Shown here piece by piece: positions 31,257-39,585 of a DNA stretch of 64,000 nucleotides. The position numbers and the translations under genes were made by a program. Position 1 is the stretch's first letter. Each line of letters opens with the position of its first letter. Under the pieces are notes generated by a model, which was given only the letters and a program-made list of their open reading frames with translations, was not told where the DNA came from and did no database searches. Source of the stretch: a virus. Its lineage: Duplodnaviria; Caudoviricetes. The stretch lies in the IMG/VR virus record IMGVR_UViG_3300021399_000113, positions 32,001 to 96,000 of that record. One strand, written 5' to 3'.

Positions 31257-31560
31257 GGAGTAGGTTTTGAAGCCTTGGTGGTGAGACGGTTCGATTCCGT
31301 AGTTGCTCTTTGTGCGGTGACGATGAAGTAGATAGGCACACAGACACATAATCAACTTACACTGTAGGTTATGTGATGTGGAGTTCGATAGTGTAAGGTC
31401 GGCTCTCCTTCCTCTCTTCGTACAATAACAAGTCCCCACCTTTGAGGCAATATACCTGCGGTGGTCGGTGAACGTTGATAGTTGTCTGTGTGCCTCCTGA
31501 GGGAGCAACGATGGACGGACAGATGAAATCCGATGGAGATAAAGGCTAATAAACCTCTCA
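31257..31560 (+). ncRNA. circularly permuted tRNA-like RNA (Y RNA/YrlA-like topology)
   Basis: Outer stem AGGTTT..GCCTT/AAGGC..AAACCT, T-arm ACGG-TTCGATT-CCGT, then GTTGCTC/GAGCAAC closing a long insert. Confidence 0.45.
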
Positions 31561-31849
31561 AAACCTCTGTCAAGTGCCTTGACATAAAAATATGGTGCGA
31601 CAGAAGACTTGACTGTCGTTAGAATTAACTGAGGCAAAACGACCTCGAAACTGAAGCATAGACTTCGTATAAGGTTGGGAGTAAACGGACTCATAAGGCT
31701 GAGTAGCACTGAGGGTGTTTCGACTGCACCACTTCCATTTCGCTCATAATGTAAACATAAGTTTCAGAGATAAGCAGAGATAACATCAATGCCCTTTGAT
31801 AACTTATGAGATGTTGAGGGAGATTGCATCAAAGCAACAGAAATGAGCG

Positions 31850-31989
31850 TTCTCGGTGGCGGAATGGGTAGTCGCTTATAAGCAAAAATCTTCGTGAGGA
31901 TGCAGTGAGTAAGGCTCTCTGAGAACGGCAAACTTGAACGTATGCAGGTTTCGTGAGGCTATGTGAGGTTCGAATCCTCACCCGAGAAA
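31850..31989 (+). ncRNA. tRNA-like RNA with expanded centre
   Basis: TTCTCGG/CCGAGAA acceptor, TGGCGGAATGGGTAG D-arm, GTGAGG-TTCGAAT-CCTCAC. Confidence 0.6.
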
Positions 31990-32100
31990 GCGGTGCGATG
32001 ACGGTACGGCTGGGGGTATCCCCACGGTCAAAGAATGCCATGGTCTTTAAGACATAAGTTAGTACAAAGGTGCACATCTGTACTAATTGACCAACAATCA

Positions 32101-32206
32101 ACGGGTGGCGTGACAGGTTCCCACAAGCGCAGTGGGTGGAGAATGTCAGCGGTCTATCAAACCGTGGGTCAATGACCTATGTAGGTTCAAATCCTTCACT
32201 CCCGAC
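32101..32206 (+). ncRNA. aberrant type II tRNA-like RNA (ATC loop, enlarged D arm)
   Basis: GCGGT-CTATCAA-ACCGT arm, GGGTC/GACCT variable arm, AGG-TTCAAAT-CCT; imperfect acceptor. Confidence 0.45.
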
Positions 32207-33036
32207 TTAGTATTAATATGACATATAGGAGAACAAATCTTGGGAGATACAAGAGGTTACTTTGGAAGATATAATCGGTATATAGGCAAGGTAATGCACA
32301 TTGATAAAGGGCATAAATATGTGTATGGAGGCAAATCATCCGATGGCTATACCTTTCGAGTAATCCCAGATGACACTTTAATCACGGTCAATTACCAAAC
32401 ATTTCGTGAATACCTTCGTGAACGCAAAGTTATGGATATAATCGCAAGGATGTAAAGGAGTAAAAGATGCAAGTATATCCATTTAATAAACCTTCGTATC
32501 TGAAAGAACTTAACAGCTCTCCTACTGAAATTTCTGACACTCTTGTAAGGGAATGGGAAGAGGTAAAGAGTGCGGATGATACACTTGTTACCGCTTTGGA
32601 ACGTCTTATCGAAGTCCACGATGATAAGTATGAATTCCCTTATCTTTCCGCAGAAGAACGTACCAAAAAGGCAGAATTTCTTCTTTCGGAAGAGATAGAC
32701 AATATTATGAAAGGTAGACTGATATAATTGCCATGTGGAAATCCTTTAATCAAATTGTAAAAGACCTTAACGAAAGAGGGTCAATTCAAATTCCTAACGG
32801 ACATGTAACTGGCGAGGAATTTGAAAAGTGGCTTAGAGATGAGTCTAAAGGTAAACTGTCTACAGAGAAGAATACGAAAGGTATTGACATTATTCAATCT
32901 TTATGATATAATAATCAAGTCAGTTGAGTTGACAGTTGAGTTGATAATTTATGTTAGTCCTTAGCATAAGTTAGTAAACTCATAAGGACACTGTATATCA
33001 ACTGCACAAGTGCTGATTATTAGCTATAGTCAGCAC

Positions 33037-33108
33037 GATGGGTTAGTCAAGTGGTTAAGACACTGCCCTCTCACGGCAGAGACATGGGTTCGACCCCCAT
33101 ACCCATCA
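33037..33108 (+). tRNA. tRNA-Glu(CTC)
   Basis: Cloverleaf; CTGCC-CTCTCAC-GGCAG. Confidence 0.9.
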
Positions 33109-33139
33109 TTATGGTGGTACTTTTGAACACCTAATATTA

Positions 33140-33612
33140 TCGAATATGTGATGCTGTGAATATAGGCGGGAACAAGCAATGAGCAGATAATCTGCTCATA
33201 CCCCAACCTCGTTAGGGTGGCGCATGGACACTGCTCCTATGGCTGAAGGTGTCTATCACATATCTAACAAAATAAGGCATGACCGAGCCTGCCGTAATTT
33301 GGTTGAAACGATATATACCTACGGACGTGCTGATACGTATCAGATATTTTGTTAGCGTTACCTCATCTACCTGTACGTTAAACAGGGTGTTGGCATAAAG
33401 ATGGGGAAAAGTCGTAGTTATATCACACATTAAGGCAAATGAACTTGTGCCAAGTTCTACTACGTGATTTGTGTCTGATGTGGGGTAATAGGAAGTTGAT
33501 AGCGAACATCTGTATGGAATTGAGGCGCAATTTTAGGATGTGGTGTGGCTATGCAAACCAACTAATAGTGTTTAGGCATAGAGTAATGAACACACAGATT
33601 AGTAGCTATCGA
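33140..33612 (+). ncRNA. large multi-stem structured RNA candidate
   Basis: No credible ORF between two tRNAs; long-range stems ATATGTGAT/ATCACATAT, CTAACAAAATA/TATTTTGTTAG, GATAGC/GCTATC. Confidence 0.5.
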
Positions 33613-33628
33613 ATCTTATTATGATTAT

Positions 33629-33703
33629 GGTGTCTGTAACTTAAATGGATAAAGGGCAAGATTGTGACTCTTGAGGATGTAGGTTCGACTCCTACCAGAC
33701 ACC
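33629..33703 (+). tRNA. tRNA-His(GTG) with encoded G-1
   Basis: G-GTGTCTG/CAGACAC-C; CAAGA-TTGTGAC-TCTTG. Confidence 0.9.
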
Positions 33704-33744
33704 CTTAGAATTAAAAAATTGCATTGTATATGATAAATATCCGA

Positions 33745-33826
33745 GGGGTGGTCGCATAGTGGCAATTGCGGGGGACTGTAAATCCCTTGCCTCACGGCTT
33801 CGTAGGTTCGAGTCCTACCCGCCCCA
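33745..33826 (+). tRNA. tRNA-Tyr(GTA)
   Basis: GGGGA-CTGTAAA-TCCCT, variable arm. Confidence 0.92.
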
Positions 33827-34046
33827 TTAATAAGATGTTGACAAATTTAATAAAGTATGATATACTCTTATCAGAGTTGAGGCGAGGCAACCGTAGAACA
33901 ACGGAAGGCACAAGTAGCTTATATAAGACCATAAACCGACAAGGACAACTCTCACGCAAGGTCGCTCCTTGTTGCGTGTAATAAATGTGGACCAGCTCAT
34001 CAGCCTTGGAAGATGAACTACGGGGAGTGAATAGGCAAATGCATTA

Positions 34047-34119
34047 GCCACAATAACTCAATAGGTAGAGTAACTGATTTGTAATCAGTAAGTTGGGGGT
34101 TCAAATCCCTCTTGTGGCT
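34047..34119 (+). tRNA. tRNA-Thr(TGT)
   Basis: ACTGA-TTTGTAA-TCAGT. Confidence 0.92.
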
Positions 34120-34137
34120 TTTCTGTGGAGGTAAAAT

Positions 34138-34419
34138 ATGAGGTACGTAGTAAATGAAGATGTGTATGATGTAGAAGTAGGCGATTATGTCTATTATGCC
34201 AGAGCACTTGACAGCTTAAACATATTTGAGGTTGTTGAATATAAAGTACGTACAGTTGATGCTGATTATTTTGCTGGACTGTCTATGGACAGCAGTGCCA
34301 CATTATTTAGCCCTTCGGATATAGGAAAGACTGTCTTTTTTAATCAGAAAGATGCACAAGATGTTGTCAATACAAGGAAAGACAAGGGATTACGTATTGA
34401 CAAGGTTGAGGAAGAGTGA
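34138..34419 (+). CDS. hypothetical protein
   Basis: GGAGG RBS. Confidence 0.6.
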   Translation: MRYVVNEDVYDVEVGDYVYYARALDSLNIFEVVEYKVRTVDADYFAGLSMDSSATLFSPSDIGKTVFFNQKDAQDVVNTRKDKGLRIDKVEEE

Positions 34420-34437
34420 TATAATGTACTCATAAAC

Positions 34438-34510
34438 GTGCCCGTAGCTCAGTTGGTAGAGCATTCGACTTTTAATCGAAGGGTCGTGGGTTCAAATCCC
34501 ATCGGGCACA
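34438..34510 (+). tRNA. tRNA-Lys(TTT)
   Basis: TTCGA-CTTTTAA-TCGAA; promoter at 34397-34425. Confidence 0.93.
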
Positions 34511-34578
34511 TGTTACAAGTTTACGTCCGAGTACCTCCTGAAATTCCCTCTTGTGATATTTACAAGGGGGAATAATAT

Positions 34579-34650
34579 TGGGCTGTAGCCAAGTGGAAAG
34601 GCATGGGACTTTGACTCCCACATTCGCTGGTTCGAGTCCAGCCAGCCCAG
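34579..34650 (+). tRNA. tRNA-Gln(TTG)
   Basis: TGGGA-CTTTGAC-TCCCA. Confidence 0.92.
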
Positions 34651-34723
34651 TTTATTCATAAGGCAAACACGATTTATTCATAAGGCAAACACGATTTATT
34701 CATAAGGCAAACACGATTTATTC
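34651..34723. repeat. 22-bp tandem repeat x3.3
   Basis: TTTATTCATAAGGCAAACACGA repeated exactly. Confidence 0.95.
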
Positions 34724-34774
34724 TTGATTATTGCTTGGTGATAATTCGCAACTTAGTTGCAAAGTGAGGTATAA

Positions 34775-35434
34775 ATGAAAGCTGACAATTCTCCTAAAAG
34801 CCTAATATGCTACAAAGAGGGTAGAACCTATAAGTGGGTTGTATCTACTGAGGGTAATGAACAAAGTCTCCTATATCTTCTGATGATAAACCCTAAAATT
34901 CAGTTAGAATCTATAATTATCATCCCTATATTTGGGCTGTCTTTTGTAGGAGCTGTTCGTATGGGGTCTCAGAAGAAATTTGAGTTCTACGATTTCTTTA
35001 AGGAATATGGAGAAGCACCGACAATTACTACAAAATTTAATCGTGAAGCGGTAGCTCGTAAATTGTCTCAGATAGCAGAGAAATCAAAAACGAACAAAGA
35101 GGAAGTAGTAGTAGAAGACATTGTAAAGACTGTGTGCCATGAAAAGTATGGATTTATTTCACCCGATGGTGAGTATTATCGGTGTGAGTTCATGGGGCAT
35201 GGAGACTTAGCGTTTGACATTTGTGACGAACACAATTTCCCATATCTTAATTCTGCTGAGACTTATCTTGAAGAGCATGGTTGGTGTAAGGTGTATAATC
35301 CATGTGATAATATCCACAAATACGCTGTATATGTTGGAGGGGATTTTGTACTTACAAAAGAGCAGTTTGAAGTGCTTCAGAAAGAGGGACTTGAAAATGC
35401 ATATTATGTATCTGAGTATCTGGTAAGAGATTAA
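34775..35434 (+). CDS. hypothetical protein
   Basis: 219-aa ORF; GFISPDG...GH..LA motif. Confidence 0.65.
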   Translation: MKADNSPKSLICYKEGRTYKWVVSTEGNEQSLLYLLMINPKIQLESIIIIPIFGLSFVGAVRMGSQKKFEFYDFFKEYGEAPTITTKFNREAVARKLSQIAEKSKTNKEEVVVEDIVKTVCHEKYGFISPDGEYYRCEFMGHGDLAFDICDEHNFPYLNSAETYLEEHGWCKVYNPCDNIHKYAVYVGGDFVLTKEQFEVLQKEGLENAYYVSEYLVRD

Positions 35435-35515
35435 GGTGTCTATCCGAATGGTGAGGGGGCTGTTTGCTAAACAGTTGGGCGAAATGCTTTGCGAGTTCGA
35501 ATCTCGTGGACACCG
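35435..35515 (+). tRNA. tRNA-Ser(GCT)
   Basis: GCTGT-TTGCTAA-ACAGT, variable arm, G73. Confidence 0.8.
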
Positions 35516-35655
35516 CTTAGAAGGAAAACTAACCAAACCTATTGCGTAGGCTGGAGATAAATCCATAGAGGTCTAACCACTCAGTACCAGTGAAAATCAG
35601 AATCTGAGGAACTTCAGTACATGTGTACTGCGTAAGGGGATTGCGCCCCTTGTAT

Positions 35656-35727
35656 AGATGCTTGGTGTAGAAGGTAGCACAAGGGTCTCCAAAACCTTTA
35701 GCGTGGGTTCGAATCCTCCAGCATCTG
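35656..35727 (+). tRNA. tRNA-Trp(CCA)
   Basis: AGGGT-CTCCAAA-ACCTT. Confidence 0.88.
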
Positions 35728-35732
35728 CTTTT

Positions 35733-35804
35733 GTTCCTATAGTTTAACGGATAAAATAATGGACTACGAATCTGTTGATACAAGTTCGATTCTTGTTGGG
35801 AACA
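35733..35804 (+). tRNA. tRNA-Arg(ACG)
   Basis: ATGGA-CTACGAA-TCTGT. Confidence 0.85.
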
Positions 35805-35809
35805 TTTAC

Positions 35810-35881
35810 ATCTCCGTAGTCTAATGGATAGGCAACGCTCTTCTAAAGCGTCTTATGTGAGTTCGAGCCTCATCGGAGATA
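35810..35881 (+). tRNA. tRNA-Arg(TCT)
   Basis: ACGCT-CTTCTAA-AGCGT. Confidence 0.88.
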
Positions 35882-35900
35882 TTTTTACAATTAAATATTT

Positions 35901-36027
35901 GGGCTGGTAGCCGAATCGGTATAGGCGGTAGCATTGCGAAAAATCAGTGTAGTCGATTAGACTGATACAGCAATTATCAAATGCATCATGGAGCTACTAT
36001 TTATGGGTTCAAGTCCCATCCAGCCCG
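35901..36027 (+). ncRNA. tRNA body with ~55-nt insert in the anticodon arm
   Basis: GGGCTGG/CCAGCCC, D and T arms intact; GTAGC/GCTAC stem encloses CAGCAATTATCAAA. Confidence 0.7.
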
Positions 36028-36029
36028 TT

Positions 36030-36148
36030 GGAAGGGTGGTGTAGTGGTAACACACGTATTATAAGTAGTTTAGTTGATTTACTACGTCTGCAATTATCAA
36101 AATTAGCCTGTTACGCTCGTGTCGAAGGTTCGATTCCTTCCCCTTCCG
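36030..36148 (+). ncRNA. tRNA-Asn(GTT)-like body with ~48-nt insert in the anticodon stem
   Basis: GGAAGGG/CCCTTCC; CG[insert]AGC-CTGTTAC-GCTCG; insert contains CTGCAATTATCAAA. Confidence 0.7.
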
Positions 36149-36227
36149 TTTTACCCCCCCCCCAAATAATGGAGTTGACAAATTTACTGAGATGTGGTAT
36201 ACTCTTCCACAAGTGAGGTACAGAGAT

Positions 36228-36797
36228 ATGAATAAATCGAGAAACATAGTATTTCTTGATGTGGATGGAGTATTAAACGGATATGACAGATTTTGGTATG
36301 CTATCTTCTGTCTGTTTAAAGTCACTAAATCAAAGAAGCTAATGGATTATTGGCACACCCATCTTGGATGCAGTGCATGGGCACATAAAGTATTTTACTT
36401 ATCAATTATAACACATTTAACACACTCAGACGTGGTATTATCTTCTTGCTGGAGAATGCGGTGGGAAACACACAATTCTCCAAAAAGAATGCGATTAAAG
36501 AAACTATTTAAGAGATTTGGTGTAAATGTGGTTGATACAACTATTCAGAAATATCTAAATGGTCGTGGGGAAGAAATCTCTTTATGGTTATCAGAACATG
36601 GTAATCCTAAAAATTACATTATTATTGATGATGAAACTTGTGACCAGTTAGAACACCTTGACCACATCATAAAAACAAGAAATCCTAAACTTGCAAATAC
36701 CGATATGATACAAGGCGGTGTTTCTGAAAAGACTGGATTAAGAGTACATCATATATTCAAAGCCATTCGGTTAATGAGATATTGGAGTAAGAAATAA
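36228..36797 (+). CDS. HAD-family phosphatase (Swiss-army-knife RNA-repair type)
   Basis: FLDVDGVLN, VLSSCWR, RGEEI..WL, YIIIDD. Confidence 0.8.
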   Translation: MNKSRNIVFLDVDGVLNGYDRFWYAIFCLFKVTKSKKLMDYWHTHLGCSAWAHKVFYLSIITHLTHSDVVLSSCWRMRWETHNSPKRMRLKKLFKRFGVNVVDTTIQKYLNGRGEEISLWLSEHGNPKNYIIIDDETCDQLEHLDHIIKTRNPKLANTDMIQGGVSEKTGLRVHHIFKAIRLMRYWSKK

Positions 36798-36850
36798 GGT
36801 ATTGACAAATTCAATATTTTGTGATACAATGTCCTTGTTGTGAAGGACAT

Positions 36851-36938
36851 GGTGGGATAGCCTAATTGGTAAGGCACTTGCACTGAAAGCAAGCGTTACG
36901 TTAATAGCGTATTGGGGGTTCGAATCCCTCTCCCATCG
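36851..36938 (+). tRNA. tRNA-Ser(TGA), atypical A32/C33
   Basis: CTTGC-ACTGAAA-GCAAG, long variable arm. Confidence 0.82.
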
Positions 36939-36948
36939 TTAGCCCATT

Positions 36949-37022
36949 GCCGTATTAGACAAGTCAGGTTAAGCCTGCGGACTGCAACTCCGTGACCGCT
37001 GGTTCGAATCCAGCATACGGCT
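36949..37022 (+). tRNA. tRNA-Cys(GCA)
   Basis: GCGGA-CTGCAAC-TCCGT, U73. Confidence 0.88.
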
Positions 37023-37026
37023 TGTA

Positions 37027-37088
37027 ACGATGTTAACCGCAAATACACAAATGGTTGACTGCAAATCAATAAACTATAAACACATCGT
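37027..37088 (+). ncRNA. CHGCAA-motif hairpin with Cys-type anticodon stem-loop
   Basis: ACGATGT/ACATCGT; CCGCAA; TTGA-CTGCAAA-TCAA. Confidence 0.55.
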
Positions 37089-37102
37089 GGAGGATGAAAA
37101 TT

Positions 37103-38596
37103 ATGGGATTTTATGAAGAACTTACAAAGGTTGCTAACAATGTAGCAGTAACTGAAAATGGAGCAATTGCGTATCGTACAAGTGGCTCTGCCCTTGTTGA
37201 TATGAACTTTGAAGTATCTGCATTCCGCAATAACGTAACAGCGGGTGTAGATATGTTCAAGAGAGCATACGCAGAAAATCCTAAGCTTGCTGTGCTTTAC
37301 CTCTTCTATCTCAGAGATTGCAGAGGTGGTCTTGGTGAACGTAATACCTTTAGAAACTGTTTTGCATGGCTTGCAAATAACCATGTAAATATGGCTAAGG
37401 CTGTACTTTCACTCATTTCTGAATATGGTAGATGGGATGACCTTGTAGCCCTTGTTGATACAAAGGTTAAGAAGGATGCCCTCGCTATCGTTTCAACACA
37501 GTTAAAGGCTGATATTGACAACATGAAGAATGGTAAGAGCATTTCTTTGCTTGCAAAGTGGATGCCCTCTATCAATACTTCTTCAAATAAGACACGTGCA
37601 CTCGCCAGAGTAATCTGCCGTGAGTTCATGAATATGCCTTATTCTGAGTACAGAAAGACTCTTGCTAAGTTGAGAGCATATACCAATGTCGTAGAGACAA
37701 AGATTTCCGCTAACAAGTGGGATGAAGTAGATTACAACACTGTTCCCTCTATGGCAAATCTGAAGTACAAGAATGCTTTCCTTAAGCATGATACTGACAG
37801 AAGAACCGCTTACCTTGAAGCACTCGTAAAGGGTGACTCCAACGTTAAGATTAACGCAAGTACCCTTACTTGTGTTGACATTGTAGATAAGTACAGTGAT
37901 GGTCGTAGTTACTGGAATGGCTCTGTAAAGAGCGACTTAGACGTAACCCTTGAGGAACTTTGGAAGGCACTTCCGTCTTTCAGTGTTGAAGATACTGTTG
38001 TAGTGAGGGATGGCTCTGGTTCTATGATTGGCACACCTCTCACTGTTGCTACTGCACTTGCAGTTTATACTGCACAGCACAACAAGGGTGAGTTCAAGGA
38101 TAAGTATATCACCTTCTCTGCTGACCCTCGTGTAATTGACATCTCCAAGTGCTCAACACTTCATGATGCCCTCATTAGGTCTTACAGAGAGGACGATTGC
38201 TCCAATACAAATCTGAAGAAGGTATTTCGTCTTATCCTTGATACAGCACGTATGAACAAGTATAAGAATGAAGACCTTCCTAAGAATATCCTCGTTATCT
38301 CTGATATGCAGTTTGACGCTGGCTACATGGCTATGCCTCTCATGTCAGAAATCGAGTTGGAGTACAGACAGTACGGATATGACCTTCCTAAGTTGATTTT
38401 CTGGAATGTTGCTGGTAGTGTGAACAGAACTATTCCTGTAACTGTCAACAAGAATGGTGTAATCCTTATCTCTGGATATACTCAGTCCCTTCTTAAGATG
38501 GTAATGTCCAACGAGACAGACCCTTACAAGGCACTTGTGGCAACCCTTGCTACCGAGAGATACAAAGCGGTAGCGGATGCCCTTGACCTTGTATAA
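37103..38596 (+). CDS. DUF2828-like Ro60/TROVE-related protein with C-terminal vWA domain
   Basis: TENGA, RDCRGGLGER, EYGRWDDL, LAKWMPS, Y..VPS.A, MIDAS DGSGSM, ISDMQFD, IFWNV. Confidence 0.85.
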   Translation: MGFYEELTKVANNVAVTENGAIAYRTSGSALVDMNFEVSAFRNNVTAGVDMFKRAYAENPKLAVLYLFYLRDCRGGLGERNTFRNCFAWLANNHVNMAKAVLSLISEYGRWDDLVALVDTKVKKDALAIVSTQLKADIDNMKNGKSISLLAKWMPSINTSSNKTRALARVICREFMNMPYSEYRKTLAKLRAYTNVVETKISANKWDEVDYNTVPSMANLKYKNAFLKHDTDRRTAYLEALVKGDSNVKINASTLTCVDIVDKYSDGRSYWNGSVKSDLDVTLEELWKALPSFSVEDTVVVRDGSGSMIGTPLTVATALAVYTAQHNKGEFKDKYITFSADPRVIDISKCSTLHDALIRSYREDDCSNTNLKKVFRLILDTARMNKYKNEDLPKNILVISDMQFDAGYMAMPLMSEIELEYRQYGYDLPKLIFWNVAGSVNRTIPVTVNKNGVILISGYTQSLLKMVMSNETDPYKALVATLATERYKAVADALDLV

Positions 38597-38706
38597 AAAT
38601 AAGGTATTGACTTTTTGAAAAAAGTGTTGTATATTATTATATGACACTTGAAGAACAAAAGAGGTAAATCGGCAAGGTTCAGATAACCAACCTCCCCTTG
38701 CGACAT

Positions 38707-38780
38707 TCCCCTTTAGCTCAGTTGGTCAGAGCGAGTGGCTGTTAACCACTATGTCGTAGGTTCGATTCCTACAGGGGGAG
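38707..38780 (+). tRNA. tRNA-Asn(GTT)
   Basis: AGTGG-CTGTTAA-CCACT. Confidence 0.93.
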
Positions 38781-38782
38781 CT

Positions 38783-38890
38783 GAGGCATTCACTGCAAAT
38801 TCTTCTAAAACAAATGGGATAAAGAAGAAAATGATTTGTGTTGTTATTGCCAGACATTTCAAAGGTAACATCTATCGCTGTTTGTGCCTC
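38783..38890 (+). ncRNA. CHGCAA-motif hairpin
   Basis: GAGGCA-TTCA-CTGCAA...TGCCTC. Confidence 0.45.
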
Positions 38891-39023
38891 GTTTAAACAG
38901 TGGATTACTGATGGTGTTCTGAGGGCAACACAATCGACCTCTTATTATGAATCCGCTAATAGTAATAAGAGCCGTTAGGTTACTCACCAACATTGATTTA
39001 GTCGGATTTACCATCCGACACCA

Positions 39024-39096
39024 CGGGGTGTGGCGCAAATGGTAGCGCACGTGCTTTGGGAGCATGGGGTTGTGGGTTCGAGTCCCGTCACTCCGA
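39024..39096 (+). tRNA. tRNA-Pro(TGG)
   Basis: CGTGC-TTTGGGA-GCATG. Confidence 0.93.
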
Positions 39097-39108
39097 CTTA
39101 AAAATCAT

Positions 39109-39185
39109 CGGTGTATTAGTGTAGTTGGTCTAACACGTCTGCCTTGCAAGCAGAATGTCGTGGGTTCGAGTCCCACATGCATCCA
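39109..39185 (+). tRNA. tRNA-Ala(TGC) with irregular acceptor stem
   Basis: TCTGC-CTTGCAA-GCAGA; 3' ...TCCA, 5' CGG. Confidence 0.82.
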
Positions 39186-39497
39186 CGTGGCTGACAATAT
39201 TCTTATATCGGAAAGCCCTGCGTAGTGGGAGCTAAATAGATAGAGGGTGGCAACCTTAATAGCTCAACATTGCTTATCGTAATACGTCCCAAGTACAATG
39301 AATAAAAGGTAAGCAAATGTTGTAATCCGCAAGATGTGTCATGCGGTATAAAAATTATGAAACATCCTCTATGGGTATCGGGATATGAAAGGTGAATCCA
39401 CCCACATAGAGTGAACCCAAAAGCCCATGATATTATTGGACTATGCGTGAATGTCCCTTTGAGGGGCTAAAAAATATCTGAAACGCTTGGTGATATT

Positions 39498-39579
39498 GGG
39501 GGATTGGTGGAATTGGCAGACACACGGGATTTAAGCTCCCGTGGAACAATCCGTGTGGGTTCAAGTCCCACATCCCTCA
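39498..39579 (+). tRNA. tRNA-Leu(TAA)
   Basis: CGGGA-TTTAAGC-TCCCG. Confidence 0.92.
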
Positions 39580-39585
39580 GTTATA

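Noticed and set aside
31257-31740. tmRNA (standard or two-piece)
   Set aside because: No tag reading frame ending in an Ala-rich peptide was found; the permuted stem lacks G3.U70 and the Ala-like mini element has no coding insert.
31161-32101. ORFs 31161-31709, 31352-31585 and 31829-32101 as proteins
   Set aside because: They overlap GC-enriched structured RNA elements on the opposite strand and have atypical composition.
34651-34723. CRISPR array
   Set aside because: Repeats are contiguous with no spacers, and no cas genes are present.
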